DNA from: an uncultured Chitinophagaceae bacterium
GTDB lineage: Bacteria > Bacteroidota > Ignavibacteria > UBA10030 > UBA8401
Reading direction: 5' to 3'
DNA length: 64,000 nucleotides
Assembly: GCA_964596155.1 (NCBI GenBank)
Contig: CAZQSI010000005.1
Location: forward strand, 2,275 to 66,274
Positions 18,994 through 26,745 of this stretch are shown piece after piece. Below the pieces are notes generated by a model. The model was not told the DNA's origin. It did no database searches and worked only from the letters and a program-made list of their open reading frames with translations. Both the position numbers and the translations under genes were made by a program. Positions within the stretch are counted from its first letter, which is position 1, and the number at the start of each line of letters is the position of its first letter.

Positions 18994-19410
18994 ATGGGAC
19001 AGCAACAACTGCTATTGATCATACTTGGGGTAATTATCGTTGCAATTGCGGTAGCTGTCGGTATTGCAATGTTTCAGGATAACTCCGTAAGTACAAATCG
19101 GGATGCGATATCCAATGATCTCATGCATCTTGCCGCTAAAGCAAAACATTACTACAAACGTCCCACATCAATGGGCGGCGGAAGTTATTCTTTTGCAGGT
19201 CTTTCCGGTACGACCGGAATGGCAATGTTGGTAAACACGAATTTTTCAAATAATCAAAACGCAACATATTCTATTTTAGTAGACGGAGATGCGGATGGCA
19301 TCACGTTTAGGGGAATTGGCAAAGTGCCATTGGATGATTCAGGAACACGATTTCCGATTTTGGATATTGTCGTTACAAAAGGAAGCCAGCAAATTACTAT
19401 TGTTCAATAA
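18994..19410 (+). CDS. type IV pilin-like major subunit candidate 2 (paralog of 18430..18867)
   Basis: 138 aa. An in-frame stop at 18976-18978 fixes the start. The first 30 aa are 28/30 identical to paralog 1 and the C-terminal half is divergent. Confidence 0.65.
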   Translation: MGQQQLLLIILGVIIVAIAVAVGIAMFQDNSVSTNRDAISNDLMHLAAKAKHYYKRPTSMGGGSYSFAGLSGTTGMAMLVNTNFSNNQNATYSILVDGDADGITFRGIGKVPLDDSGTRFPILDIVVTKGSQQITIVQ

Positions 19411-19435
19411 TAGATCGTATTCGGTCATACATGCT

Positions 19436-19477
19436 GAAGCAGGTGTCAACAGGGTTGATATCTGCTTTTGTGTTTTT
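19436..19477 (+). terminator. probable rho-independent terminator after pilin-like gene 2
   Basis: GAAGCAGGTGTCAAC ... GTTGATATCTGCTT forms an imperfect hairpin followed by TTGTGTTTTT. Confidence 0.55.
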
Positions 19478-19564
19478 ATGATGTCAACCTATGAGAATAG
19501 ATTAAGTTGATTTTCACTTGTTGCGATTGTATCTTTCGGTACTTCTAATTGGAAAAGGACTGTC

Positions 19565-20938
19565 ATGCCTGAATTTCGAATTGATGGAGTGTCTCTCAGC
19601 GGGAAACCAGTTCAGGGAGTCATCAATGCAGATAACGCCAAACTTGCCAAAGAACGCGCTGCCCAAATGGCGCGTGAGCGCAAATTTAAGGTCACGAACG
19701 TTCATGCACGCTCGACATTTATTTATAGAGTAAAAAAGGGGGACGAGAAGCCGATCGACGGAGAGCAAAAGGCATTCACGAAACAGGAGGTGATTGATGC
19801 TCTTACGAAGATGGGATATTCCGTTGTCTACGTACGGAAACAGTTATTCGCCGGACGCGGCAAAGTCCCGGAGATAGAAGTTGTCTCGTTTGTGAGAGTC
19901 AGTGCGGACTTGATCCGGCAAAAACTTCCGTTTAATGATATGATGTCGATGCTCATCAACGACATTCAAAACAAAACGCTCCGTGAAGCTATACGGGACA
20001 TCAACCAGGAATTGAAACAAGGGAAAGACAGCGAAAAAGCATTCCAAAAGCATGAAAAGGCATTAGGAAAATTTGCCTCTCATATGCTTGGGTTAGCATC
20101 CAAAAGCGGTAATATGGGTGAAATCTTCGAAAGCACGGCAAAATTTCTGGAGCGTAACGCTCAATTTAAAAAGGATTTGAAAAGTGCCCTCATCATGCCG
20201 ATCGTGACATTGGTCATTCTGTTTGGTGCGGTGGGGTATTATGTTGCATATATATTTCCGGAAACTGCGAACCTGTTCCAAAAGTTTAAGATTGAATTGC
20301 CCCCCATGACCAGGGCGACATTAAAGCTCAGTGACTTTATTACATCAAATATACTTTGGATAACACTTTCGTTCGTCATCCCCGCAATCGCCTTCGGACG
20401 ATTTGCATTGACTGAACGGGGACGATATTTAATCGACAAATATACCTGGAAAATTCCGGCAATCGGCGACCTGATGCACAAGACGAGTATAGAAATTTTT
20501 TGCCGGGTTTTTTATGCGCTCTATTCCGGTTCGGGTGAAAATATTGAAGTTATTAAAATGTCTGCAGAGGCCTGCGGCAATAAGTACATGGAACATCAGA
20601 TCAAAACCATTGCATTGCCGATGATGGTCGAAAAAGGAGCAGGCATCACAGAGGCCTTTGAAGCGACGGGTGTATTTACCAAGACCGCTCTTTCGAGATT
20701 TCATTCCGGTTCCGAGACGGGAAATGTGAAACATACGGCATTGCAATTAGCGGAGTATTACGAAAAAGAGACAGGGTATCGGATGAGAAACGCGATTGAC
20801 ATGATTCAGTTGGTCATCTCAATGATTATCATGGTTGTTCTGACCGGCCTGACGCTCGTCTCTTCGGAAACAGCTACCATTAAACCGAAACCGCCCGGCG
20901 CCCGCGGTTGGTTGACGACGTTTACAGGATATTTTTAA
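19565..20938 (+). CDS. pilC: type IV pilus/T2SS platform protein (PilC/GspF family)
   Basis: 457 aa. Two GspF-type repeats each end in a TM helix, with the segments LGLASKSGNMGEIFESTAKFLE and SGSETGNVKHTALQLAEYYEKE. The N-terminal cytoplasmic domain is typical of PilC. Confidence 0.9.
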   Translation: MPEFRIDGVSLSGKPVQGVINADNAKLAKERAAQMARERKFKVTNVHARSTFIYRVKKGDEKPIDGEQKAFTKQEVIDALTKMGYSVVYVRKQLFAGRGKVPEIEVVSFVRVSADLIRQKLPFNDMMSMLINDIQNKTLREAIRDINQELKQGKDSEKAFQKHEKALGKFASHMLGLASKSGNMGEIFESTAKFLERNAQFKKDLKSALIMPIVTLVILFGAVGYYVAYIFPETANLFQKFKIELPPMTRATLKLSDFITSNILWITLSFVIPAIAFGRFALTERGRYLIDKYTWKIPAIGDLMHKTSIEIFCRVFYALYSGSGENIEVIKMSAEACGNKYMEHQIKTIALPMMVEKGAGITEAFEATGVFTKTALSRFHSGSETGNVKHTALQLAEYYEKETGYRMRNAIDMIQLVISMIIMVVLTGLTLVSSETATIKPKPPGARGWLTTFTGYF

Positions 20939-20962
20939 TTTTCCCGTACAAGGAAAGATCGT

Positions 20963-22750
20963 ATGGCAGACATAGATATTACCGATAAGATCGGATATAC
21001 TCTTCTGAAGAAGGGGATAATCGATTACGAGACGCTGGAAAAATCTCTGCGGATCAAAGAGGCGGAAGCGTCAAAAAAGGAACGGCGAAATCTCGGTCAA
21101 ATTCTTGTCAATGAATTCAATGCCGATCATGACGCCGTCTTCCGTGAAGTGGCGAATCTCTACGCTTTTCGAGAAATTTATATCGCCGATGAAAATATCG
21201 AAAAAGGGCGAATTGATTTTATCCGGAAACTCGTTGACGGAATGCCCGACGGCAGCAGAGAAATGTTGATTCAAACGAAGATGATGCCTCTCAAGTTTGA
21301 TGAAAAGCAGCCGGATAAATTAATCATCGTTTCAGCCGATCCGACCGATAGAAACATCCCCCAGTTGGCAAGAAATTTCAACGTAAAGAAATATGAAGTG
21401 ACCTACTGTCGGTTGAAGGACCTTCAGACGCTGATCGAACAGGTGATTCCTCCTCAAAATGAATTCCTGAAACTTCTCGAAGACAATCATATCAGCGTCG
21501 AGTCTGGAGAAGACGAATCGAACGTCGACGAAGAAGAACTTAACGCCGAAATTAATAAGAGCGCTCTCGCCAATCTTTTCGAAGGCGCTTTGGTTGAAGC
21601 AGTTCGGACCGGAGTCAGCGACGTTCACATTGTTGCTGCCGAGGGAAGAAAAACAAATTTTATGTTTCGGGTGGACGGCAATCTGAAAATATGGCATTGT
21701 CAGGAAAATACGATGCCGGAAGCCGTCATGGCGGTGATCAAGGATCGAACGAAAAATGTTGACCGGTTTGAACGAGAGATGTCGCAGGACGGATTTATTC
21801 AGCGGGTGATTGACGGTCACCAGCTTCGGTTTCGCGTGTCGATTATGCCGATCGTTACGACTGAATTTAAAAACAAATTTGAATCGGTCGTAATTCGTGT
21901 TCTTGATGACCGAAAGGTGATCACCGATCTGAACAAACTTGGTTTGCAGGGACCGGCAAAAGCATTCTTTTATAAGGCAATTGAAAAACCGCAGGGCATT
22001 GTTATCCTCACAGGACCCACCGGATCGGGAAAATCGACAACGCTGATTGCAGCACTCTATCAAGTGATTGATCCAACGGTGAACGTGCTCACGATTGAAG
22101 AGCCGGTTGAGTACATCATCAAAGGGGCCCGCCAGCTGAAGATTGGTCCGAAAATGACGTTCGAACAATCCATTCGCGGTATTTTGCGTCACGATCCGGA
22201 CATTGTGCTGGTGGGAGAAATGCGCGATAAGATTACGGCGGATACTGCCATTAAATTAGCAAACACAGGACATCTAGTCTTTTCAACGCTTCATACGAAC
22301 GATGCACCGAGTGCCGTTGCCCGTCTCTATAAGATGGGAATCGAACCGTTCCTAATTGCCTATGCAATCAACATCATTGTCGCTCAGCGGCTGATCAGAA
22401 CCCTTTGCAAGATTTGCAAAACACCCGTTGATGACAGCGAAAAGCCCGCATTGCTGAAATTCGGATTTACCGAAGAGGATTTAAAGAATCACACCATCTA
22501 CAAAGCAGTCGGTTGCGACAAATGCGCCGGCGGATACAAAGGCCGTGCTGCTATTCATGAAGCGCTCTTTTTCACAAAAGCGATTAAAGATATCGTACTC
22601 AATGCAGGCGACAAAGTGGATGAAAACGCAATCCGCGATCAGGCATCCAAAGACGGGATGTGGACATTACGGCGGTCCGGTATGGAGCGGATGAAGGAGG
22701 GAATGGCCTCCCTTGAAGAAGTCATTGCATCCACCGTTGAGGATGAATAA
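20963..22750 (+). CDS. pilB: type IV pilus extension ATPase (PilB/GspE family)
   Basis: 595 aa with a T2SSE_N-like N-terminus. Motifs are Walker A GPTGSGKST, Asp box LTIEEPVEY, Walker B DPDIVLVGEMRD, His box GHLVFSTLHTNDA and the tetracysteine motif CKICK ... CDKCAGGYKGR. Confidence 0.93.
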   Translation: MADIDITDKIGYTLLKKGIIDYETLEKSLRIKEAEASKKERRNLGQILVNEFNADHDAVFREVANLYAFREIYIADENIEKGRIDFIRKLVDGMPDGSREMLIQTKMMPLKFDEKQPDKLIIVSADPTDRNIPQLARNFNVKKYEVTYCRLKDLQTLIEQVIPPQNEFLKLLEDNHISVESGEDESNVDEEELNAEINKSALANLFEGALVEAVRTGVSDVHIVAAEGRKTNFMFRVDGNLKIWHCQENTMPEAVMAVIKDRTKNVDRFEREMSQDGFIQRVIDGHQLRFRVSIMPIVTTEFKNKFESVVIRVLDDRKVITDLNKLGLQGPAKAFFYKAIEKPQGIVILTGPTGSGKSTTLIAALYQVIDPTVNVLTIEEPVEYIIKGARQLKIGPKMTFEQSIRGILRHDPDIVLVGEMRDKITADTAIKLANTGHLVFSTLHTNDAPSAVARLYKMGIEPFLIAYAINIIVAQRLIRTLCKICKTPVDDSEKPALLKFGFTEEDLKNHTIYKAVGCDKCAGGYKGRAAIHEALFFTKAIKDIVLNAGDKVDENAIRDQASKDGMWTLRRSGMERMKEGMASLEEVIASTVEDE

Positions 22751-22819
22751 GCTTTGTGGAAATTTCATTCTTAGTTTTTTCGTATGTGCAATTTCAATTC
22801 ATAAACACGCAACTCACTT

Positions 22820-22835
22820 TGGAACAATTGTTGCT
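22820..22835 (+). promoter_or_regulatory. sigma-54 (RpoN) type promoter candidate
   Basis: TGGAAC-aattg-TTGCT matches TGGCAC-N5-TTGCW at 10 of 11 specified positions with correct spacing. Sits in the 150-nt gap after pilB, 66 nt upstream of ATG 22901. Confidence 0.55.
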
Positions 22836-22900
22836 GAAAATAATTGATTGAGGGTAAAACAATTTCAGAGTAATGCAAGAAGTGACAGTGCAGAGTATTT

Positions 22901-23443
22901 ATGGGATTAGGTCAAACATTATTGACGATACTAGCCCTCCTATTGATGGGAAGATTAATATTAACGGTAAACAGAACTACGCTTGAGACCGGATCAACGA
23001 AGGATGTTGCAGAGTATCGAATTACCGCCACCTCGCTCGGCACATCGCTGCTCGAAAGGGCGCAGGATCTTGCGTTCGACGAAGCGACAGTTGATACATT
23101 TTTAACAGCGGCACAAATTTCCTCATTGACTGCCGCCGCCAATTTCGGAGCCGACGCCGGTGAGACAAGTTATAACCTGTTCGACGATATAGATGATTTT
23201 CATAATTATATTCGAGTAGATACCATCCCGAATTCTGCCATTTTTGTTTCCACCGCAAAAGTGCAATATCTCAATGTTACGCCTCCGTCCACGATGACGG
23301 TCACAACATCCAAAACGTTTAATAAAGTCATTACCGTATTTGTGACAAGTCCTTACATGGTTGACTACTCAGTTAATCCGACAAATCCGGTTCAGGATAC
23401 GTTAAAGTTCCAATCAGTTTTCAGTTATTGGTACTTTCGATAG
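22901..23443 (+). CDS. minor pilin/pseudopilin-like protein (N-terminus MGLGQTLLTILALLLMG)
   Basis: 180 aa. An in-frame stop at 22883-22885 fixes the start. Has a single N-terminal hydrophobic helix and lies between pilB and pilT. Confidence 0.5.
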   Translation: MGLGQTLLTILALLLMGRLILTVNRTTLETGSTKDVAEYRITATSLGTSLLERAQDLAFDEATVDTFLTAAQISSLTAAANFGADAGETSYNLFDDIDDFHNYIRVDTIPNSAIFVSTAKVQYLNVTPPSTMTVTTSKTFNKVITVFVTSPYMVDYSVNPTNPVQDTLKFQSVFSYWYFR

Positions 23444-23455
23444 AGGAGGAGTGCT

Positions 23456-24100
23456 ATGGGATCGCAAACTATTTTGGATTTGATTTCATCAACAATCGTT
23501 TTCGGAACGTTGATGCTGATTGCGCTGCGATTAAACGGCGGGACAATGGAAAACTTGCAGGCATTCCGCGAGGATATTTTGGTGCAGCAAAACCTTGTGG
23601 CCGTTTCCGAATTGCTTGAATACGATTTTCGAAAAATAGCATATTGCAAGGATTTTACAAAAATTCCGAATCCCACAATGGCAATCCGTTATGCAGATAC
23701 TTCTCGAATACGATTTTGGACCGATCTTGGTACGATTGCAAATCCATACGGTGACGGGAATATTGATTCGTTAACGTACTATATTGGTCCGACCTCCGAA
23801 CTTTCCGTCACTCCCAATCCGTACGATCGTTTGCTCTATAGAGTAGAAAATAACGATTCTCCCATCGGAGTCAATATGGGTGTTACTGTTTTCAAGTTTC
23901 AATATTATGATGCCTTGCACAATAAATTGTCAACACCTGTGGACAGTTGTCAACTGATACAGTACATGGAAATTACGATCCAGGTGGAGCATCCGGTGAA
24001 ATGGACAAAATATTACAACACGGCAACATACGACACGGTGTATCAAAGCGCCTTTTGGAGACAGGTCCGATTGGTTGCAAAAAACTTTAATAATAGATAG
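23456..24100 (+). CDS. minor pilin/pseudopilin-like protein (N-terminus MGSQTILDLISSTIVFG)
   Basis: 214 aa. AGGAGGA lies upstream and an in-frame stop at 23441-23443 fixes the start. QTILDLI resembles the pilin FTLIELM segment, with Asp at the +5-equivalent position. Confidence 0.5.
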   Translation: MGSQTILDLISSTIVFGTLMLIALRLNGGTMENLQAFREDILVQQNLVAVSELLEYDFRKIAYCKDFTKIPNPTMAIRYADTSRIRFWTDLGTIANPYGDGNIDSLTYYIGPTSELSVTPNPYDRLLYRVENNDSPIGVNMGVTVFKFQYYDALHNKLSTPVDSCQLIQYMEITIQVEHPVKWTKYYNTATYDTVYQSAFWRQVRLVAKNFNNR

Positions 24101-24107
24101 GTGAATT

Positions 24108-25340
24108 ATGGGACGGACGGCGATTTATATGGTGATGGGTATGACGTTCATTTTCCTCTTTTTTGGAAGAACAATGAATGACAGCGGAACGGAAGCGTTC
24201 AGCAATGCGATCGATTATTTTGAGAAAACGCAGGTGCATAATATTGCCGTTGCCGGTGCTAATCTCGCATGCAATCAGTTGTTTCTCGACAATAACTGGC
24301 GAACCGGATTTTCGAACGTGGCCATGAACAACGGAAGTTTTACCGTTACCATCGATAGCACGACGTTTGCCGGAAAACTATTGTTGACCTCAAAAGGGGT
24401 TTTTCAATCGGACACTCAAATTGTTCGAGTTGTTTTAAGTCCCAGTGCGATTTCCAAGTTTGCAATATACAGCGGGAATGTTTCTTCTGCGGCAAAAATT
24501 CGAGCCGGAGATACGATTGATGGACCAATGCATGTGAATAATAAATTGGTGACTCAAGGAAATCCTGTGTTTAAACAAAAGGTGACGATGGGATCGTTAC
24601 AAACTACTGCCGGAGCTCCCACATTCCTCGGGGGATACGAAACCGGGGTAAACATCGGATTTCCATCATATACATCTAATGCGGCGTCCATTGTAACCAA
24701 AGCCTCAACGGACGGAGGAACAAATAATTATAAAGTAGGGGGCCAAATGTGGCTGAGGTTTTCTGTGGTTGGAGGAGTGACGAAAGTGGAATATAAAACA
24801 AGTTCCGGTGCGGCATGGGGTGCCCCTGTCGATTTATCAACGTTTGCCCCGTCGGGTAATATTGCCATGGTAAATGGCGAGGTTCATGTTGAAGGAACGC
24901 TTAAAGGAAAAGTATCTATTACATCCACAGTGGTTCCAAGTACTACAACACCGACGGCATCAGTAGGAGCATCATATATTGAAGGAAACTTACGATATAA
25001 TACAGATCCAACCGTAACACCATCTTCGACCGATATGCTGGGGTTAGTAAGCGCTGGTGATATCACAATTAATCAATTACCAATGAGAATGGATGGTGCC
25101 TTTTTTACAAATACGAGTGCAAAACTGGGCGGTACGCTAAACAACACAAATCCTGCAAAACAGCTGAAAATTGTAGGGTCACTCATATCAAACGTAATTG
25201 GTCCCACTGATTTTGGCACAGGCGCTTCAAAAGGTGCCAATTTTTACATGAAATACGATACACGGATGAATGATACACCTCCTGATGATTTCCCATTTCC
25301 TTCTACAAATTCATTTGAGGTATTATCTTGGTATGAATAA
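24108..25340 (+). CDS. large minor-pilin-like protein (PilX_N-like N-terminus, beta-rich body)
   Basis: 410 aa. Begins MGRTAIYMVMGMTFIFLFFG, then ...HNIAVAGANLACNQL, reminiscent of the PilX N-terminal domain. The remainder is Gly/Thr/Ser-rich and repetitive. An in-frame stop lies at 24102-24104. Confidence 0.45.
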   Translation: MGRTAIYMVMGMTFIFLFFGRTMNDSGTEAFSNAIDYFEKTQVHNIAVAGANLACNQLFLDNNWRTGFSNVAMNNGSFTVTIDSTTFAGKLLLTSKGVFQSDTQIVRVVLSPSAISKFAIYSGNVSSAAKIRAGDTIDGPMHVNNKLVTQGNPVFKQKVTMGSLQTTAGAPTFLGGYETGVNIGFPSYTSNAASIVTKASTDGGTNNYKVGGQMWLRFSVVGGVTKVEYKTSSGAAWGAPVDLSTFAPSGNIAMVNGEVHVEGTLKGKVSITSTVVPSTTTPTASVGASYIEGNLRYNTDPTVTPSSTDMLGLVSAGDITINQLPMRMDGAFFTNTSAKLGGTLNNTNPAKQLKIVGSLISNVIGPTDFGTGASKGANFYMKYDTRMNDTPPDDFPFPSTNSFEVLSWYE

Positions 25341-25354
25341 ATACCCGGTAGTGT

Positions 25355-25383
25355 TGACATTCATTAAGCCTTTCAATATATTC
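25355..25383 (+). promoter_or_regulatory. sigma-70-type promoter candidate for pilT
   Basis: TTGACA-N17-TATATT, about 100 nt upstream of ATG 25481. Confidence 0.5.
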
Positions 25384-25480
25384 ACTCCAACATTTAATGT
25401 TTTACTTGAGAAGTAAATCTAAACCCATTATTTCTAGAACATTATACTTTTTAACTAGAACAACAAGAGATTAGCGTACT

Positions 25481-26740
25481 ATGCAAGCAACGCCTACTGC
25501 ATCGTTGGTAATTCCACCGGAAATTATTGAGAAGGCGAAGACCATTCTCAATCATGTGGTAGAGCAAATCCCAACGTCAACATTTGGACTTGAGCGGCAA
25601 ATCTTCATTGGTGATTTTGTCGAAAAACTGCCGCTCGAGCATAAACAAATGCTGAAAGATTTGGTAGAACGGTTGCTGCTGAGAATGTCCATTATCAACG
25701 CATCGGATATTGATATTGGCGGGCATGGGGGACATGGGAAAGTGTGGTATAGAATTTTCGGAGCCAAGAAACCAGATCCGACGCTAGATGCATTTACGGT
25801 TGATGAAACAAACGTTTTAATCCAGTCCTTGATCTCGGCGCGGCAAAGGCAATTCCTGTATGAAATGAAAAATCTCGATTTTTCATACATGATTGTCGAA
25901 GGCGAAAAAATGCACAGGTATCGCGCCGATGCATACATGGATCTTGATCAGCTTGCAATGAATATGAGGGCGATCAACGCAGTTGTTCGTCCATACAAAT
26001 CACTCGAACTTCATCCAAATGTTACGAAGATTGTCAGTCTTGCTCATACAAAAGAAGGACTGATTCTTATTACCGGTATCACCGGGTCGGGAAAAAGCAC
26101 AACGCTGGATGCGATGATTGATCTGAACAATCATTCGGTTGACGGACACATTTGTATTGTTGCATCGCCTGTTGAATATGTGCATAAATCCGATCGCTGC
26201 ATCGTGCGTCATAGAGAAGTCGGCAGAGACGTGCTGTCATTTAAAGACGGAGCAATTCAGGCGCTTCGTCAGGATCCCGATATTATTATGATCGGTGAAA
26301 TGCGCGATCCGGAAACGATTATGACCGGTTTGGAAATTACGGACAGCGGTCATAAGGTGTTTTCAACGCTTCACACCGCTTCTGCCGTTGAAAGTATTGA
26401 CCGTATCATCGGCGAAGTTCCTCATGTGGAGCAGGACAGGGTCAGGATGCGCTTTGCCGATGTTTGTAAACTTGTGATTTCGCAAAAACTGATTCCCTCG
26501 CTCGACGGCAAGCGTGTCGCCGCACGCGAGATTATGATTATGAATCCTTCAGTCCGGGCAGCAATCAAGAACGGCAATACGAGCGAAATTTATCAGATGA
26601 TTCAGGAATCGGGGGAGATCGGAATGCAGACGATGGAGCAGGACCTTAAGCGGCTTTTCCAGACAAAGAAGATTTCGATGGAAAGCGCGATGAACTATGC
26701 GAACAACAAAAAACGGCTGCAACAAATTATTAATACGTAG
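25481..26740 (+). CDS. pilT: PilT-family (retraction-type) hexameric ATPase, divergent
   Basis: 419 aa. Motifs are Walker A GITGSGKST, Walker B DPDIIMIGEMRD, His box GHKVFSTLHTASA and the C-terminal AIKNGNTSEIYQMIQ (compare the PilT AIRNLIRE region). The Asp box reads IVASPVEY rather than TIEDPIEF. Confidence 0.85.
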   Translation: MQATPTASLVIPPEIIEKAKTILNHVVEQIPTSTFGLERQIFIGDFVEKLPLEHKQMLKDLVERLLLRMSIINASDIDIGGHGGHGKVWYRIFGAKKPDPTLDAFTVDETNVLIQSLISARQRQFLYEMKNLDFSYMIVEGEKMHRYRADAYMDLDQLAMNMRAINAVVRPYKSLELHPNVTKIVSLAHTKEGLILITGITGSGKSTTLDAMIDLNNHSVDGHICIVASPVEYVHKSDRCIVRHREVGRDVLSFKDGAIQALRQDPDIIMIGEMRDPETIMTGLEITDSGHKVFSTLHTASAVESIDRIIGEVPHVEQDRVRMRFADVCKLVISQKLIPSLDGKRVAAREIMIMNPSVRAAIKNGNTSEIYQMIQESGEIGMQTMEQDLKRLFQTKKISMESAMNYANNKKRLQQIINT

Positions 26741-26745
26741 AAATC

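Noticed and set aside
21332-22192. 286-aa ORF on the minus strand
   Set aside because: It is antisense to the conserved ATPase core of pilB and is a shadow ORF without motifs.
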